Source of the DNA: a virus
Lineage: Duplodnaviria; Caudoviricetes
Direction: 5' to 3' (one strand)
IMG/VR virus record: IMGVR_UViG_3300025696_000025
Span: 1-31,731 of that record
DNA length: 31,731 nucleotides
The translations under genes and the position numbers were made by a program. The notes beneath the pieces were generated by a model that saw only the letters and a list, made by a program, of their open reading frames with translations, had not been told where the DNA came from and ran no database searches. Positions 1 through 8,737 of the stretch are shown one piece after another; positions within the stretch are counted from its first letter, which is position 1, and every line of letters starts with the position of its first letter.

Positions 1-75
1 TATTGCACCAACAACTATTATGCTTATAGTTTTCAAGTCTAAAGTTACTTGAGTGTTTTCTGATATATTAGTCAT
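1..75 (-). CDS. Small probable membrane protein, 3'-truncated by the window edge (possible holin-like protein)
   Basis: Manual translation from ATG at 75 gives MTNISENTQVTLDLKTISIIVVGAI..., with a hydrophobic stretch starting at the edge. The leader is A-rich (TAAAAACT-ATG) directly after the previous stop. Confidence 0.6.
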   Translation of the reverse strand, partial: MTNISENTQVTLDLKTISIIVVGAI

Positions 76-80
76 AGTTT

Positions 81-158
81 TTATTTGTACTTCTTAAACA
101 TTAGTTTATATAGTAGGCTGTTCCAAGTTTTCTGTATTTTGTCGATTACTTTTTGCAT
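81..158 (-). CDS. 25-aa basic amphipathic peptide
   Basis: Manual translation gives MQKVIDKIQKTWNSLLYKLMFKKYK*. It has an A-rich leader (AAAAATTTAAGC-ATG) and tiles tightly between neighbouring minus-strand ORFs. It is below the ORF-track cutoff. Confidence 0.55.
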   Translation of the reverse strand: MQKVIDKIQKTWNSLLYKLMFKKYK

Positions 159-170
159 GCTTAAATTTTT

Positions 171-293
171 TTATTTTGGTACACAGTTAGGAACCTTTCT
201 ATTACCTTTCATTTTCATACCAACTTGCTTATATTTTTTCCAGCAAGGCCCTTTTTTAATTAATTTTTTTAGTAACGGTGCTTCTTCTTTCAT
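171..293 (-). CDS. 40-aa basic protein with a CW-K-x-Y...K-V-P-N-C-V-P motif
   Basis: Manual translation gives MKEEAPLLKKLIKKGPCWKKYKQVGMKMKGNRKVPNCVPK*. The leader is ATATATT-ATG, 9 nt after the stop of the giant gene. The two-Cys motif resembles a small module I recall from marine phage proteins. Confidence 0.7.
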   Translation of the reverse strand: MKEEAPLLKKLIKKGPCWKKYKQVGMKMKGNRKVPNCVPK

Positions 294-302
294 AATATAT
301 TT

Positions 303-3300
303 TTAAAATTCATCAAATGTTATCCCTCCGGATCGTTTTTTCTTTTTTGTAGTTTTCTTTTTCTTACTCTTTTTATTTTTCTCTATACCTAATTCCCAGT
401 CTTGCCAACCAGCTGCCATAGCTATTCTTTCCCACACATCATAATCCTCGTTTAAAGCGCCTTGTATGTTTTGCGACTTACGTAAAGCTCTATCAACCGG
501 AATATTTGTTGTTGCTGAAATAACGTTAGCCATAGCCATGTATGCTGGATTATCTAAACTAAACTTCATGTCATCAAATGCTCCATATTCAGCTGCTTTT
601 GATGCGTTTACTAATTTCTTATACTTAGATCCCACGGTTGGAGATATGCTAACTATTTCTTTAACAGCTTTAGAGTATTTAGGATTCTTCTTGCTAGACT
701 CACTGTTTATAACCATAAGAGCATTCTTCACTTGAGCTGTTATTGCTCCTGGTATACCAGTACCTCTAAGTAATGAATCAGCCATACCATTAGCAACTCT
801 TCCTGATTTAGACAATAATTTTTCATCTTGCTCATCATCAGCGAAAGCTAAGCCAAATAAAGCATTTTGCACTACATTAAATATTAAGTTCTGCACAAAA
901 CCGTAGTAAACGATTTTAGACGTGTTTTCTCTCCAATCACCTCTTTTATTAGCAAGGTCTAACATAGCTTTTTTCTGCAACCTAGCATACTGCATTGGTG
1001 TATTAGCAAAAGCTAAAACAACTCTACCTAAGTTACTAGCCTGTTGTTGACTTATCTTGTCTGTTCCAGATGACTGTTGAGATTTTTCAGATATATCCTT
1101 AAAATCTAAAAAAGCTTTTTCTTTAGCCTCTACCTCAGATAGCCCTTGCTTTTTATAAGTGTTTATTCTATTTCTATAGAAAGTCGCACCACCTGAAGCT
1201 ATAGCAAAACTATCAGCGTATTTAGTAAATACAAAACCTTTTTTTAGTATTGTGTTTATTATACCTCTAGCACCTGAATCAGCAGCTATTTCAGCCTCAC
1301 TTACATTTAATTTTAATCCATCACGTCTAGCTGTTAAGTAGTCAGAGTTCATTATCTCTAAGAAATCTTTAGAATATTGCTTTACATCTACCAACCTAGC
1401 ACTAGCTTTTAAAGGATTGTTATCTGTCCAGTTTATAAAGTTTATACTAGATAACGTCTGTAAAACCGCAGATCTAGTGTTTAAAAACATTATGGCACCT
1501 ACAGAATTATTTATATAATCTAAAGCTCTATCACCCGCAGTGTTTTGTGAACTTCTATTTTTACCAGACTGCATCCTTTCTAAAGTACCTTCTAATGCTT
1601 TTCTATATTTCTTACCATAAGCTGCCTCTAGCTTATTCAAATTAGCTTCTGAAAATATTTCATCTTTATTTTGCTTCCACTGCTCTAAGTACTTAGCTCT
1701 TTTAACTTTACCAAGCAATGTTCTAGCATCGCTAGTTAACGTACCACTAAGCCAGTTTTTACCTGGTTCAGCCCAGCCATCACCTTTAGTTGTTGACAAA
1801 AGTTCATTAGCAAAAGCTTCATATGTTGGGTTATCTTTTATAACTTTATTTAGTTCAGCTAAATCAGATTTGCTTAAACCAGGAACTTCTACACCCATTT
1901 TTGTCCACATGCGAACTCTTAAAGCTTGCTCGTTAGTAAAACCTGTTTCATTTTTCTTTCTTAGTTTCTTAGGTATTATACCTAGTTTATTTTTTAAAGC
2001 TTTAACATCGTTAGCTAATGATATTTGATCTCTAATAATATTATCCTCAGCTCTAGCAAATGGATCAAATAAGTTTTCTTTGTAGAATTTAAGTGCCTGT
2101 TCACCTTTTTTACCTTTAGGTAGAGTCTTGTATAACAAACCAGCAAAATCTTCAGCAGTAGGTGATATAAATATATCAAATCTACCCTTACCTTTACCCA
2201 TTATTTCAGCCTTAGCTGATCCAAACGTTTTTTCTGAAGCTATGCCTGTTTTTTCCTGTATTATATCGTTAAATGTTTTTCCTAACTTTTTGCTAAATTT
2301 AGCTTGCTGAACTTTACTTTTAACATCTACTACACTTAATATTTCTTTAACAGCTCTAACATTTCCTAAATGATCATCAGCAAAGTAAAAATCATTGTAA
2401 CCGTCAGCCGCTTTATCTATCATCCATCTAGCTTTAGCTTGCGGAGTACCATCACCTAGACCTGTTATGTTTTCCAGTGGAATATTTAATCCCATGCTAT
2501 CTAAAAACTCTTTTATAGGTCCAGCAGCGTCAGCTGGTCTAGCAGTTAATACAAACATGTCTCTTTTACCTGGGCTTTCACTTATGAACTTAGCTACATC
2601 AAACAAAGGTCCTTTAGCACCTTTCATAACTTTACTAAACTCAGAAAAATCCCACTCAGCACCTTTAGCCTCAAGCTCACCTGCTCTTTTTGCAAACTCA
2701 GTAGCGGTTAAAGACCCTTTCTTTCCATCAGGCATTTCATACAACACATTACTTTTAGTTGTAGCTAATGTATCATCAAAATCAAATACTCTTATTTTTT
2801 TAACAGGAGATTTAAGGTTTCTAGCTATAGATAAAGCTTTATCTATTTTACTTAAGTTTTCTAAAGACTCTTCATTAGATACTTTTTTAGAAAATCTAAG
2901 AATTTTAGGTGTATTTTCATTATTTACTAAAGTTGCTTTTGTTATAACATCAGCCAACTTAACGTATTCGTTAATTAAACCTTTAGCTTCGCTTCTAGTT
3001 ACAGTGTTTAATCCTTCTAGTAAACCAGCCTCGCTTAATATAACAGATTCCATTATTTTATTCTGTTCTATTACAACATTTTTATTTTGCTCAAACTTCT
3101 TAGGTACAACTACATTATACTCCTTAGCCTTAGTTTCGTTACCTTTATATATATTGTTTGGATTTAAACCTACGTACTCATTTTTAGCATTTTTATACGT
3201 ATTAAAGTATCTTAAATCAGAGCTAGGAACTTTGTCCCAATCTTCTTTTTTACCAGACTCTACAGCTTTATTAAGTTGCTTCATCAACACTGGATGAGAT

Positions 3301-6300
3301 GTTCCACCTGAGTTAGACCACTTATTTCCCTCAGAGTCTACTAAATTTCCTTTTAAGGTGTCATTTTCATTCTTTAAAGTATACTGTATATAATTATCTT
3401 TTATCCACTTTTTATAATACTCTAATGATTGTTTAGCGTTAGGTTTTCCTTCTATAATATTCTTATACAACTGCACGCGTATATTAGCATGTTCAATAGC
3501 TTGAAAAACGTGCTCATCTGTTGTTTCTTTTTTTCTTTCTAAAGCTCCTACCTCTCTACCTATAGCTGTTGCTTGATTTCTATTAGCATTTGCATTTAAA
3601 CTAGGGTTATATATATACTCTCTTAAAACAGCAAAATCCTCAGGACCTGTTTTAGCAATAGCTAATTCTGCGTCTATTTGAAGATCTACACCTTTATCAT
3701 GTAGCTTTTTTAATTGTAAGTTCTTTTTCCAACTAGGACCATTTTTACCTCTAAAGGATTCTTTAAAAGCTTCTAGCTCTTTATCATTAAAACTTCTCTC
3801 ATTCTTCTTAGCATCCTCTTTAACTTTAGTTAAATTTATTAACTCGTCATTAAGTATAGCTTGCTCAGCCTCAGTCCTAAGCTTTTTATCAACTATTCTT
3901 CTAGGATCTGATATAATATCAAAACCTCTCTTACGCAGCGAGCTGATTTTATTGCCTGACGTCCAGTTTGTTGGTCTAGCAAATCGATCAACTGGTAGAA
4001 ACTTAGGAAAAGTATTTACTAATACCTTTTGCTTGGCGACTCTATCCGTTCTAATTTTATTTAACGCTTTTTTATCTACCTTAGAGTCTAGTTTTGCTTG
4101 ACCAGATTCTTTTCTTTTCTGAAATTTAGCACCAGCCTGTATTCTCTTACCTTGTTCAGGTATTAAAGTTTCTAACGCTCTATTTCTTATATGAAAATCT
4201 AACGCTGCTTTTATATGCTGAGCATCTCTATATATTGGTTTTTTCTTACCTTCACTGTCGAGTTGATTAAACTCGTACTGCTTACCATCATACCCTTCTA
4301 GTGTGACGTTTTTACCCTTTATTATATCTGTATATGTTTTTAAACCACCAGTTAATTCACCTGCCTTATTGTATAATACCTTACCTATCTTTGTTTGTAA
4401 TATTCCAGTAGCTTTACCAGTGTCATCCTTACTTCTAGGTAATCTAGCAAAATCCGATGCTGCATTATCTATTAAAAACTGTCTAGCTCTAACAGCTCCT
4501 TGTTGATCAAGTTTTTGTAAGTTTCTTTGTTTTTCTATAAGAGCAGAGACTGTTTTTATACCAAACATGTCTGCATAAAGCTGCGCTAATTCCTGAGGTA
4601 TTTTACCAGTCTCTTTAAATCTACTAACTGATCTATCTTTAAAAGATTCTTTTACAGTACTAGATATCTTATCCTCAATAGCTTGTTTTTCACTCTTGTC
4701 AGTGTCTAAGGATTTTTTAAACTCTGGAGATATATAGTTAGATTTGAATTTAGTTGTTTCTGTAGGTTTTTTAGCCAACTTATCTACAGCAACACTGGTC
4801 TTAGTAGATGTGTCTACAATTTGTTTAGCTTGCTCAGAATCTGTACTAGTTCCATCTAGTTTTTTCTCACCTATGTTTTTAGCTCTTTCTAATATTTCAG
4901 CTTGTCTTCTACCAAGAAAATTTGGACCTAGAACTGTAGTTACCTTACTTTTCTCTGCATCAAAATCTTTTAAAAATTCTTTATTCCGACCTGGAAATAT
5001 ACCTTGAAGTTGCTCCTTTACAGCTGTCTTGACAGACTCTATAGGTATAGAACCTGTTGGGTTAAACTTTATAGAGTTACTTATAACTGGCCAATTAGCC
5101 TCTACTATAGCATCTATAGCTCCAAACTTTTCTTCAGGTTTAGAAGAAGGTGAGTTTATGATATCAACTAATTGCTCGTTTTCTATAAGACCTTCTTTGA
5201 ATAAATCTATATATTGCTTACCTTTAGGTGATATGTCAGAGTCCCGTCTACTTATCGACTTTGAAGGCTTTTGACCCTCTACCTGAACACCTTCAGCAGC
5301 TATTGAGATATCTTTAGCAGCTTGTATACCTTTTTCTTCTCCTTTAGAGTAGCTCTTTATCAGCTCAAACAAGTTTTTACCAGTGTCAGCATTTAACTCC
5401 AGTTCTGGCATACCTTTTTTACGTAGAAATGGAACAAACTTTTCCATAGCGTTACCTACGTTTTCTTTAAACACTATACTTTTTTCTGTTATAGCATCTG
5501 ATAAAACAGTTAAATACTCTTCATAGTATTTACTAGCATCTAGCTCCTTACCTTTAGAATCATATCTGTAGTTATCGTCAATACGTTTTTGAACTAATTC
5601 TTTTTGCTTAGGAGTTAACTCATTTAAAACATCGTCAATTAGTTTTATACCTTCTTCAGTTACGTTACCAGTTTTATCTTTAAAAGAATCTCTTAAAACA
5701 AAGTGTCCAGCCTCGTGTTTATCTACAGTTATATTTCTAGTTTCTTTAACTACAGCTTCATTTACATAATATACCTTATTATTAGGATCGTAAAAGCCGT
5801 CAGTTTGTTTAACATCTTCTTTACCATCAAAAACTTCTTCATATTTTTTCTGAAAATCATCAACAGATCTAATTGATACGGACTCACCCTCTTTAGTAGC
5901 ACCTAACACATCCTCAGCTTGAGCTTTGTTTTCTTGTCTTTGTTTTAGGTAGTATTGATCTAGTTTGTCTTGTAGTTTATCGTACTTGTAACCTCCAGGA
6001 TTATAAGCTTCAAGGTCTTTTGTTAAAGACTCTAGCTCTTTTTCCTGTCCTTGATTTTTATTTTTTATGTTTTCAAGAGCCTTTACCTTACCTCCTATCT
6101 CGAAATACTCATCAATAAACTTATAAGATTCTGCTCTTTCTTTAGTACCATAGCCAGCTTTAAAGCTAATATTGTTATTTAAAATATCTTCAATAACAAA
6201 TTCTCTATTCCAGAGACCGTCAAGTGATTTAGAAGAAGGGTTCGCACCCATCCTAGCATAAATTATAGGTAGAGGAGTATTAACTAGAGCATTATTATCC

Positions 6301-8717
6301 TTATCGTTAAACTTCTCACCTTTTTTCATTTTCTGTATAAGTATTCTTACACTTTCATCTGTAGGTTTTAAAGCACTTTTATCCTCAGCCTCAAATCTTT
6401 CTTTAGCTAAATTAAGTTCAGCCTCGGCTTCTAATATGTTATAGTTTTTGTTAGCAGACTCTGCTTCTTTTTTAGCTTGTTCCTCTGTTATTTGTTGTGT
6501 CTTAAGCTTAGCATCTATACCTGCCATTTTTTCAGCTCTAGCGGCATCTATTTCGTTTATAGTTTCCTCACCTGGTTTCCTAACCGACTCAGCATCTATA
6601 CCAGTTATTTTAGCAGCTTTATTCACGTATGCTGGGTTTAAGTTTAATAAACGCATATCTCTCTGAGCAGCCGCAAGTATACCGTTTTTACTAAACGCTG
6701 ATTTAGTTCCTAGTAAAGCCATTTTAGCGGTTTCACCAAGATAATGAAGAATAAATTCTTCTGGACTTTGTTCGAAGTAAGTACTCTCACCTCTAGGCCC
6801 ATAACCAATACCTTCTGGATTCTGTATAGCCTCTAAAACTGTAGCAAATTCAAAAGAAAAAGCACCAGCACTAGCGTTAACAAATCTACCACCAACATCT
6901 TTAAGAACGTCAGATTTAGATAATTGTGCCATTACCGGGGAAAATATTGTTTTCGAAGGTATAGCTCTTAGTAAGCCAGAACCTAAAGAATTACCTCCAC
7001 CTAGTGAAAATCCAAATGTAGCTGTAGCCCATTCTTGCTCTCTAGTAGCTTGTTGAGATAAACCTAGTGTTGTTTTTGTTGTTTCTAAGCCTGTGAAAAC
7101 AGCGGCTTCATCTAGACCTTTTATAACAAAGTCACCAGCTTTTCTAAGCACTTTACTTGACTTAGCGGCTTTACTACTTTTAAAAGACTTATCCAGTAAC
7201 TTGAACCCTTTTTGTATCTTATTTCCTCCTGCGCCTTTAAACAACATCAACTCTCCAACAAACATAGTCAGGTCAACAGTACCACCACCCACTACACTCA
7301 ACCAATTTTGAGATAAAGCTTCATCTAGGTATTCGTCGTTTATACCACCTAACCCAGCTTTTTTAGCTTCTTTTACAAATGCTCTATTAATAGTGTACTG
7401 GGGTTTAGGCATAGCATCACCGCCAGTCATGTCTATTTTTTCTAAAATATTTTGACCCGCACTAAACCAAAAACCTTCCTGCTCTTTACTTAATGGATCC
7501 GTGTTTGTTTGAATTGCTTTATTTAAAACAACATAATTTTCCAAAGCAGTGTTATAAGCTTTAGCTAAAGGATGATTACCATTGATTTTACTTATATTTT
7601 CAGGTAATTCGTTTGTTGATGCTATTTGTTGCGCTCTTTCTAAATCTCCATACACAGTTTCTTCTGATCCAAAAAAATCTTTAACTACATTTGATATGAT
7701 AGCTGGACCTGTTTGAGACTCTTTAGTTATTTCTTCTTCACCATTTTCCTTTATAAAATCTGATATTCTATTAGATATACCCACTAAATTAGAGTATGAC
7801 TTAGTTAATTGATCTTGTATTTTGCTTAACTCTGTAGTTTTTGCTATTTCAGTTGCTTTTTCAGATCTCGAGTTCTCTTGTTTTTTATCTTCTTCAGATA
7901 AATCCTTATACTGTACTAAGTCTCCGGTGTTTATATTATAAAGTTCTCTTGACTCATCATTTCTTATCTCTTGTATCTTGTCTAGTATACTTTGTTTGTC
8001 TTTGTCACTTACTGTTTTTAAACTAGAGTAAAGTGTTTTTAGTTCTTTATCAGCACCCTTTAATATATTACCTCCTTGGTTTAATACAAAATCATTTGAC
8101 TTATCGCCATACTTTTTTATTATAACATTTAGAGCGCTGTTAGCTGCTTTATTTTGATCTTCAGCTTGAAGCTCAGCTATAGATACACCGTTTATTTTTT
8201 CATTTTGAGCGAAATCATCATAAGAAAAGCCACCTGTTATAGCACTACTATGATCGCCAAATATACCAGTATATTTCACCCCAGGCCCTCCAAGACCTAA
8301 AATACTAGGTGTATTTATAGTTTGGTATTCGACACCCTTTCCAGTAGTTTTAAGGTATAAATCTGAAATATTGTCAGGAGAGTAGTTCCATATACTAGAA
8401 CCAGCTTTACTTAAGGTTTTATTTATATTGTCTAACTTTAAATCTTCTTTAGTCTTTGGTGATTCCAAAGAAATATCTTCCGAAGGTGAATCCGTAACGC
8501 CCGCTTGTGATGCTGTCATTGGTTGAGACACCACATCCGCACCCGCTGCAGCGTCTTGTTGAAAATTTGGATCAAGTAAGTCACTGTGTTTTATTTTAGG
8601 TTCAGGGTCTTTATCTCCCTTGATCTTTTTTAAGTATTCTTTAACAGTCATATTAGATTGTTCAGCTGCTTTCTTTATTTGATCGTCAGTATATGAAACA
8701 TCCTTGTAAGTATACAT
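303..8717 (-). CDS. Giant (2804 aa) internal virion/ejection protein, polyvalent: zincin metallopeptidase, sigma70-r2-like segment, HAD phosphatase and helical C-terminal region
   Basis: It is the last and largest gene after GNAT and two smaller internal proteins (T7 gp16-like position). Motifs: GFYD...HEAGH (aa 1001-1005)...EE (1066-1067); HAD motifs DFDDT (1979), LTARP, K and FADD. Confidence 0.85.
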   Translation of the reverse strand: MYTYKDVSYTDDQIKKAAEQSNMTVKEYLKKIKGDKDPEPKIKHSDLLDPNFQQDAAAGADVVSQPMTASQAGVTDSPSEDISLESPKTKEDLKLDNINKTLSKAGSSIWNYSPDNISDLYLKTTGKGVEYQTINTPSILGLGGPGVKYTGIFGDHSSAITGGFSYDDFAQNEKINGVSIAELQAEDQNKAANSALNVIIKKYGDKSNDFVLNQGGNILKGADKELKTLYSSLKTVSDKDKQSILDKIQEIRNDESRELYNINTGDLVQYKDLSEEDKKQENSRSEKATEIAKTTELSKIQDQLTKSYSNLVGISNRISDFIKENGEEEITKESQTGPAIISNVVKDFFGSEETVYGDLERAQQIASTNELPENISKINGNHPLAKAYNTALENYVVLNKAIQTNTDPLSKEQEGFWFSAGQNILEKIDMTGGDAMPKPQYTINRAFVKEAKKAGLGGINDEYLDEALSQNWLSVVGGGTVDLTMFVGELMLFKGAGGNKIQKGFKLLDKSFKSSKAAKSSKVLRKAGDFVIKGLDEAAVFTGLETTKTTLGLSQQATREQEWATATFGFSLGGGNSLGSGLLRAIPSKTIFSPVMAQLSKSDVLKDVGGRFVNASAGAFSFEFATVLEAIQNPEGIGYGPRGESTYFEQSPEEFILHYLGETAKMALLGTKSAFSKNGILAAAQRDMRLLNLNPAYVNKAAKITGIDAESVRKPGEETINEIDAARAEKMAGIDAKLKTQQITEEQAKKEAESANKNYNILEAEAELNLAKERFEAEDKSALKPTDESVRILIQKMKKGEKFNDKDNNALVNTPLPIIYARMGANPSSKSLDGLWNREFVIEDILNNNISFKAGYGTKERAESYKFIDEYFEIGGKVKALENIKNKNQGQEKELESLTKDLEAYNPGGYKYDKLQDKLDQYYLKQRQENKAQAEDVLGATKEGESVSIRSVDDFQKKYEEVFDGKEDVKQTDGFYDPNNKVYYVNEAVVKETRNITVDKHEAGHFVLRDSFKDKTGNVTEEGIKLIDDVLNELTPKQKELVQKRIDDNYRYDSKGKELDASKYYEEYLTVLSDAITEKSIVFKENVGNAMEKFVPFLRKKGMPELELNADTGKNLFELIKSYSKGEEKGIQAAKDISIAAEGVQVEGQKPSKSISRRDSDISPKGKQYIDLFKEGLIENEQLVDIINSPSSKPEEKFGAIDAIVEANWPVISNSIKFNPTGSIPIESVKTAVKEQLQGIFPGRNKEFLKDFDAEKSKVTTVLGPNFLGRRQAEILERAKNIGEKKLDGTSTDSEQAKQIVDTSTKTSVAVDKLAKKPTETTKFKSNYISPEFKKSLDTDKSEKQAIEDKISSTVKESFKDRSVSRFKETGKIPQELAQLYADMFGIKTVSALIEKQRNLQKLDQQGAVRARQFLIDNAASDFARLPRSKDDTGKATGILQTKIGKVLYNKAGELTGGLKTYTDIIKGKNVTLEGYDGKQYEFNQLDSEGKKKPIYRDAQHIKAALDFHIRNRALETLIPEQGKRIQAGAKFQKRKESGQAKLDSKVDKKALNKIRTDRVAKQKVLVNTFPKFLPVDRFARPTNWTSGNKISSLRKRGFDIISDPRRIVDKKLRTEAEQAILNDELINLTKVKEDAKKNERSFNDKELEAFKESFRGKNGPSWKKNLQLKKLHDKGVDLQIDAELAIAKTGPEDFAVLREYIYNPSLNANANRNQATAIGREVGALERKKETTDEHVFQAIEHANIRVQLYKNIIEGKPNAKQSLEYYKKWIKDNYIQYTLKNENDTLKGNLVDSEGNKWSNSGGTSHPVLMKQLNKAVESGKKEDWDKVPSSDLRYFNTYKNAKNEYVGLNPNNIYKGNETKAKEYNVVVPKKFEQNKNVVIEQNKIMESVILSEAGLLEGLNTVTRSEAKGLINEYVKLADVITKATLVNNENTPKILRFSKKVSNEESLENLSKIDKALSIARNLKSPVKKIRVFDFDDTLATTKSNVLYEMPDGKKGSLTATEFAKRAGELEAKGAEWDFSEFSKVMKGAKGPLFDVAKFISESPGKRDMFVLTARPADAAGPIKEFLDSMGLNIPLENITGLGDGTPQAKARWMIDKAADGYNDFYFADDHLGNVRAVKEILSVVDVKSKVQQAKFSKKLGKTFNDIIQEKTGIASEKTFGSAKAEIMGKGKGRFDIFISPTAEDFAGLLYKTLPKGKKGEQALKFYKENLFDPFARAEDNIIRDQISLANDVKALKNKLGIIPKKLRKKNETGFTNEQALRVRMWTKMGVEVPGLSKSDLAELNKVIKDNPTYEAFANELLSTTKGDGWAEPGKNWLSGTLTSDARTLLGKVKRAKYLEQWKQNKDEIFSEANLNKLEAAYGKKYRKALEGTLERMQSGKNRSSQNTAGDRALDYINNSVGAIMFLNTRSAVLQTLSSINFINWTDNNPLKASARLVDVKQYSKDFLEIMNSDYLTARRDGLKLNVSEAEIAADSGARGIINTILKKGFVFTKYADSFAIASGGATFYRNRINTYKKQGLSEVEAKEKAFLDFKDISEKSQQSSGTDKISQQQASNLGRVVLAFANTPMQYARLQKKAMLDLANKRGDWRENTSKIVYYGFVQNLIFNVVQNALFGLAFADDEQDEKLLSKSGRVANGMADSLLRGTGIPGAITAQVKNALMVINSESSKKNPKYSKAVKEIVSISPTVGSKYKKLVNASKAAEYGAFDDMKFSLDNPAYMAMANVISATTNIPVDRALRKSQNIQGALNEDYDVWERIAMAAGWQDWELGIEKNKKSKKKKTTKKKKRSGGITFDEF
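8449..8568 (-). other. Putative -1 programmed ribosomal frameshift signal (slippery heptamer plus pseudoknot) and 37-codon -1 frame extension
   Basis: In-frame A_AAT_TTT at 8568-8562, a 5-nt spacer, a 10-bp stem (8556-8547 with 8535-8526), and loop GGUGC pairing with GCAUC (8513-8509). The -1 frame stop is at 8451-8449. Confidence 0.6.
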
Positions 8718-8737
8718 ATTTTATTTTATTTTAATTG

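Noticed and set aside
85-306. 73-aa hydrophobic plus-strand ORF
   Set aside because: It starts at TTG and is antisense to two Lys-rich minus-strand micro-ORFs that have proper leaders and fit the operon. Its Phe richness mirrors their AAA codons.
2769-2783. DFDD as a possible virion RNA polymerase catalytic motif (as in crAss-like phages)
   Set aside because: The context is hhhDxDxT followed by HAD motifs II-IV, not a DxDxD polymerase loop.
2467-3297. 276-aa plus-strand ORF, and the other plus-strand ORFs in the track
   Set aside because: They are antisense shadows of long minus-strand genes, with L/S/F-rich composition, no recognisable motifs and often non-ATG starts.
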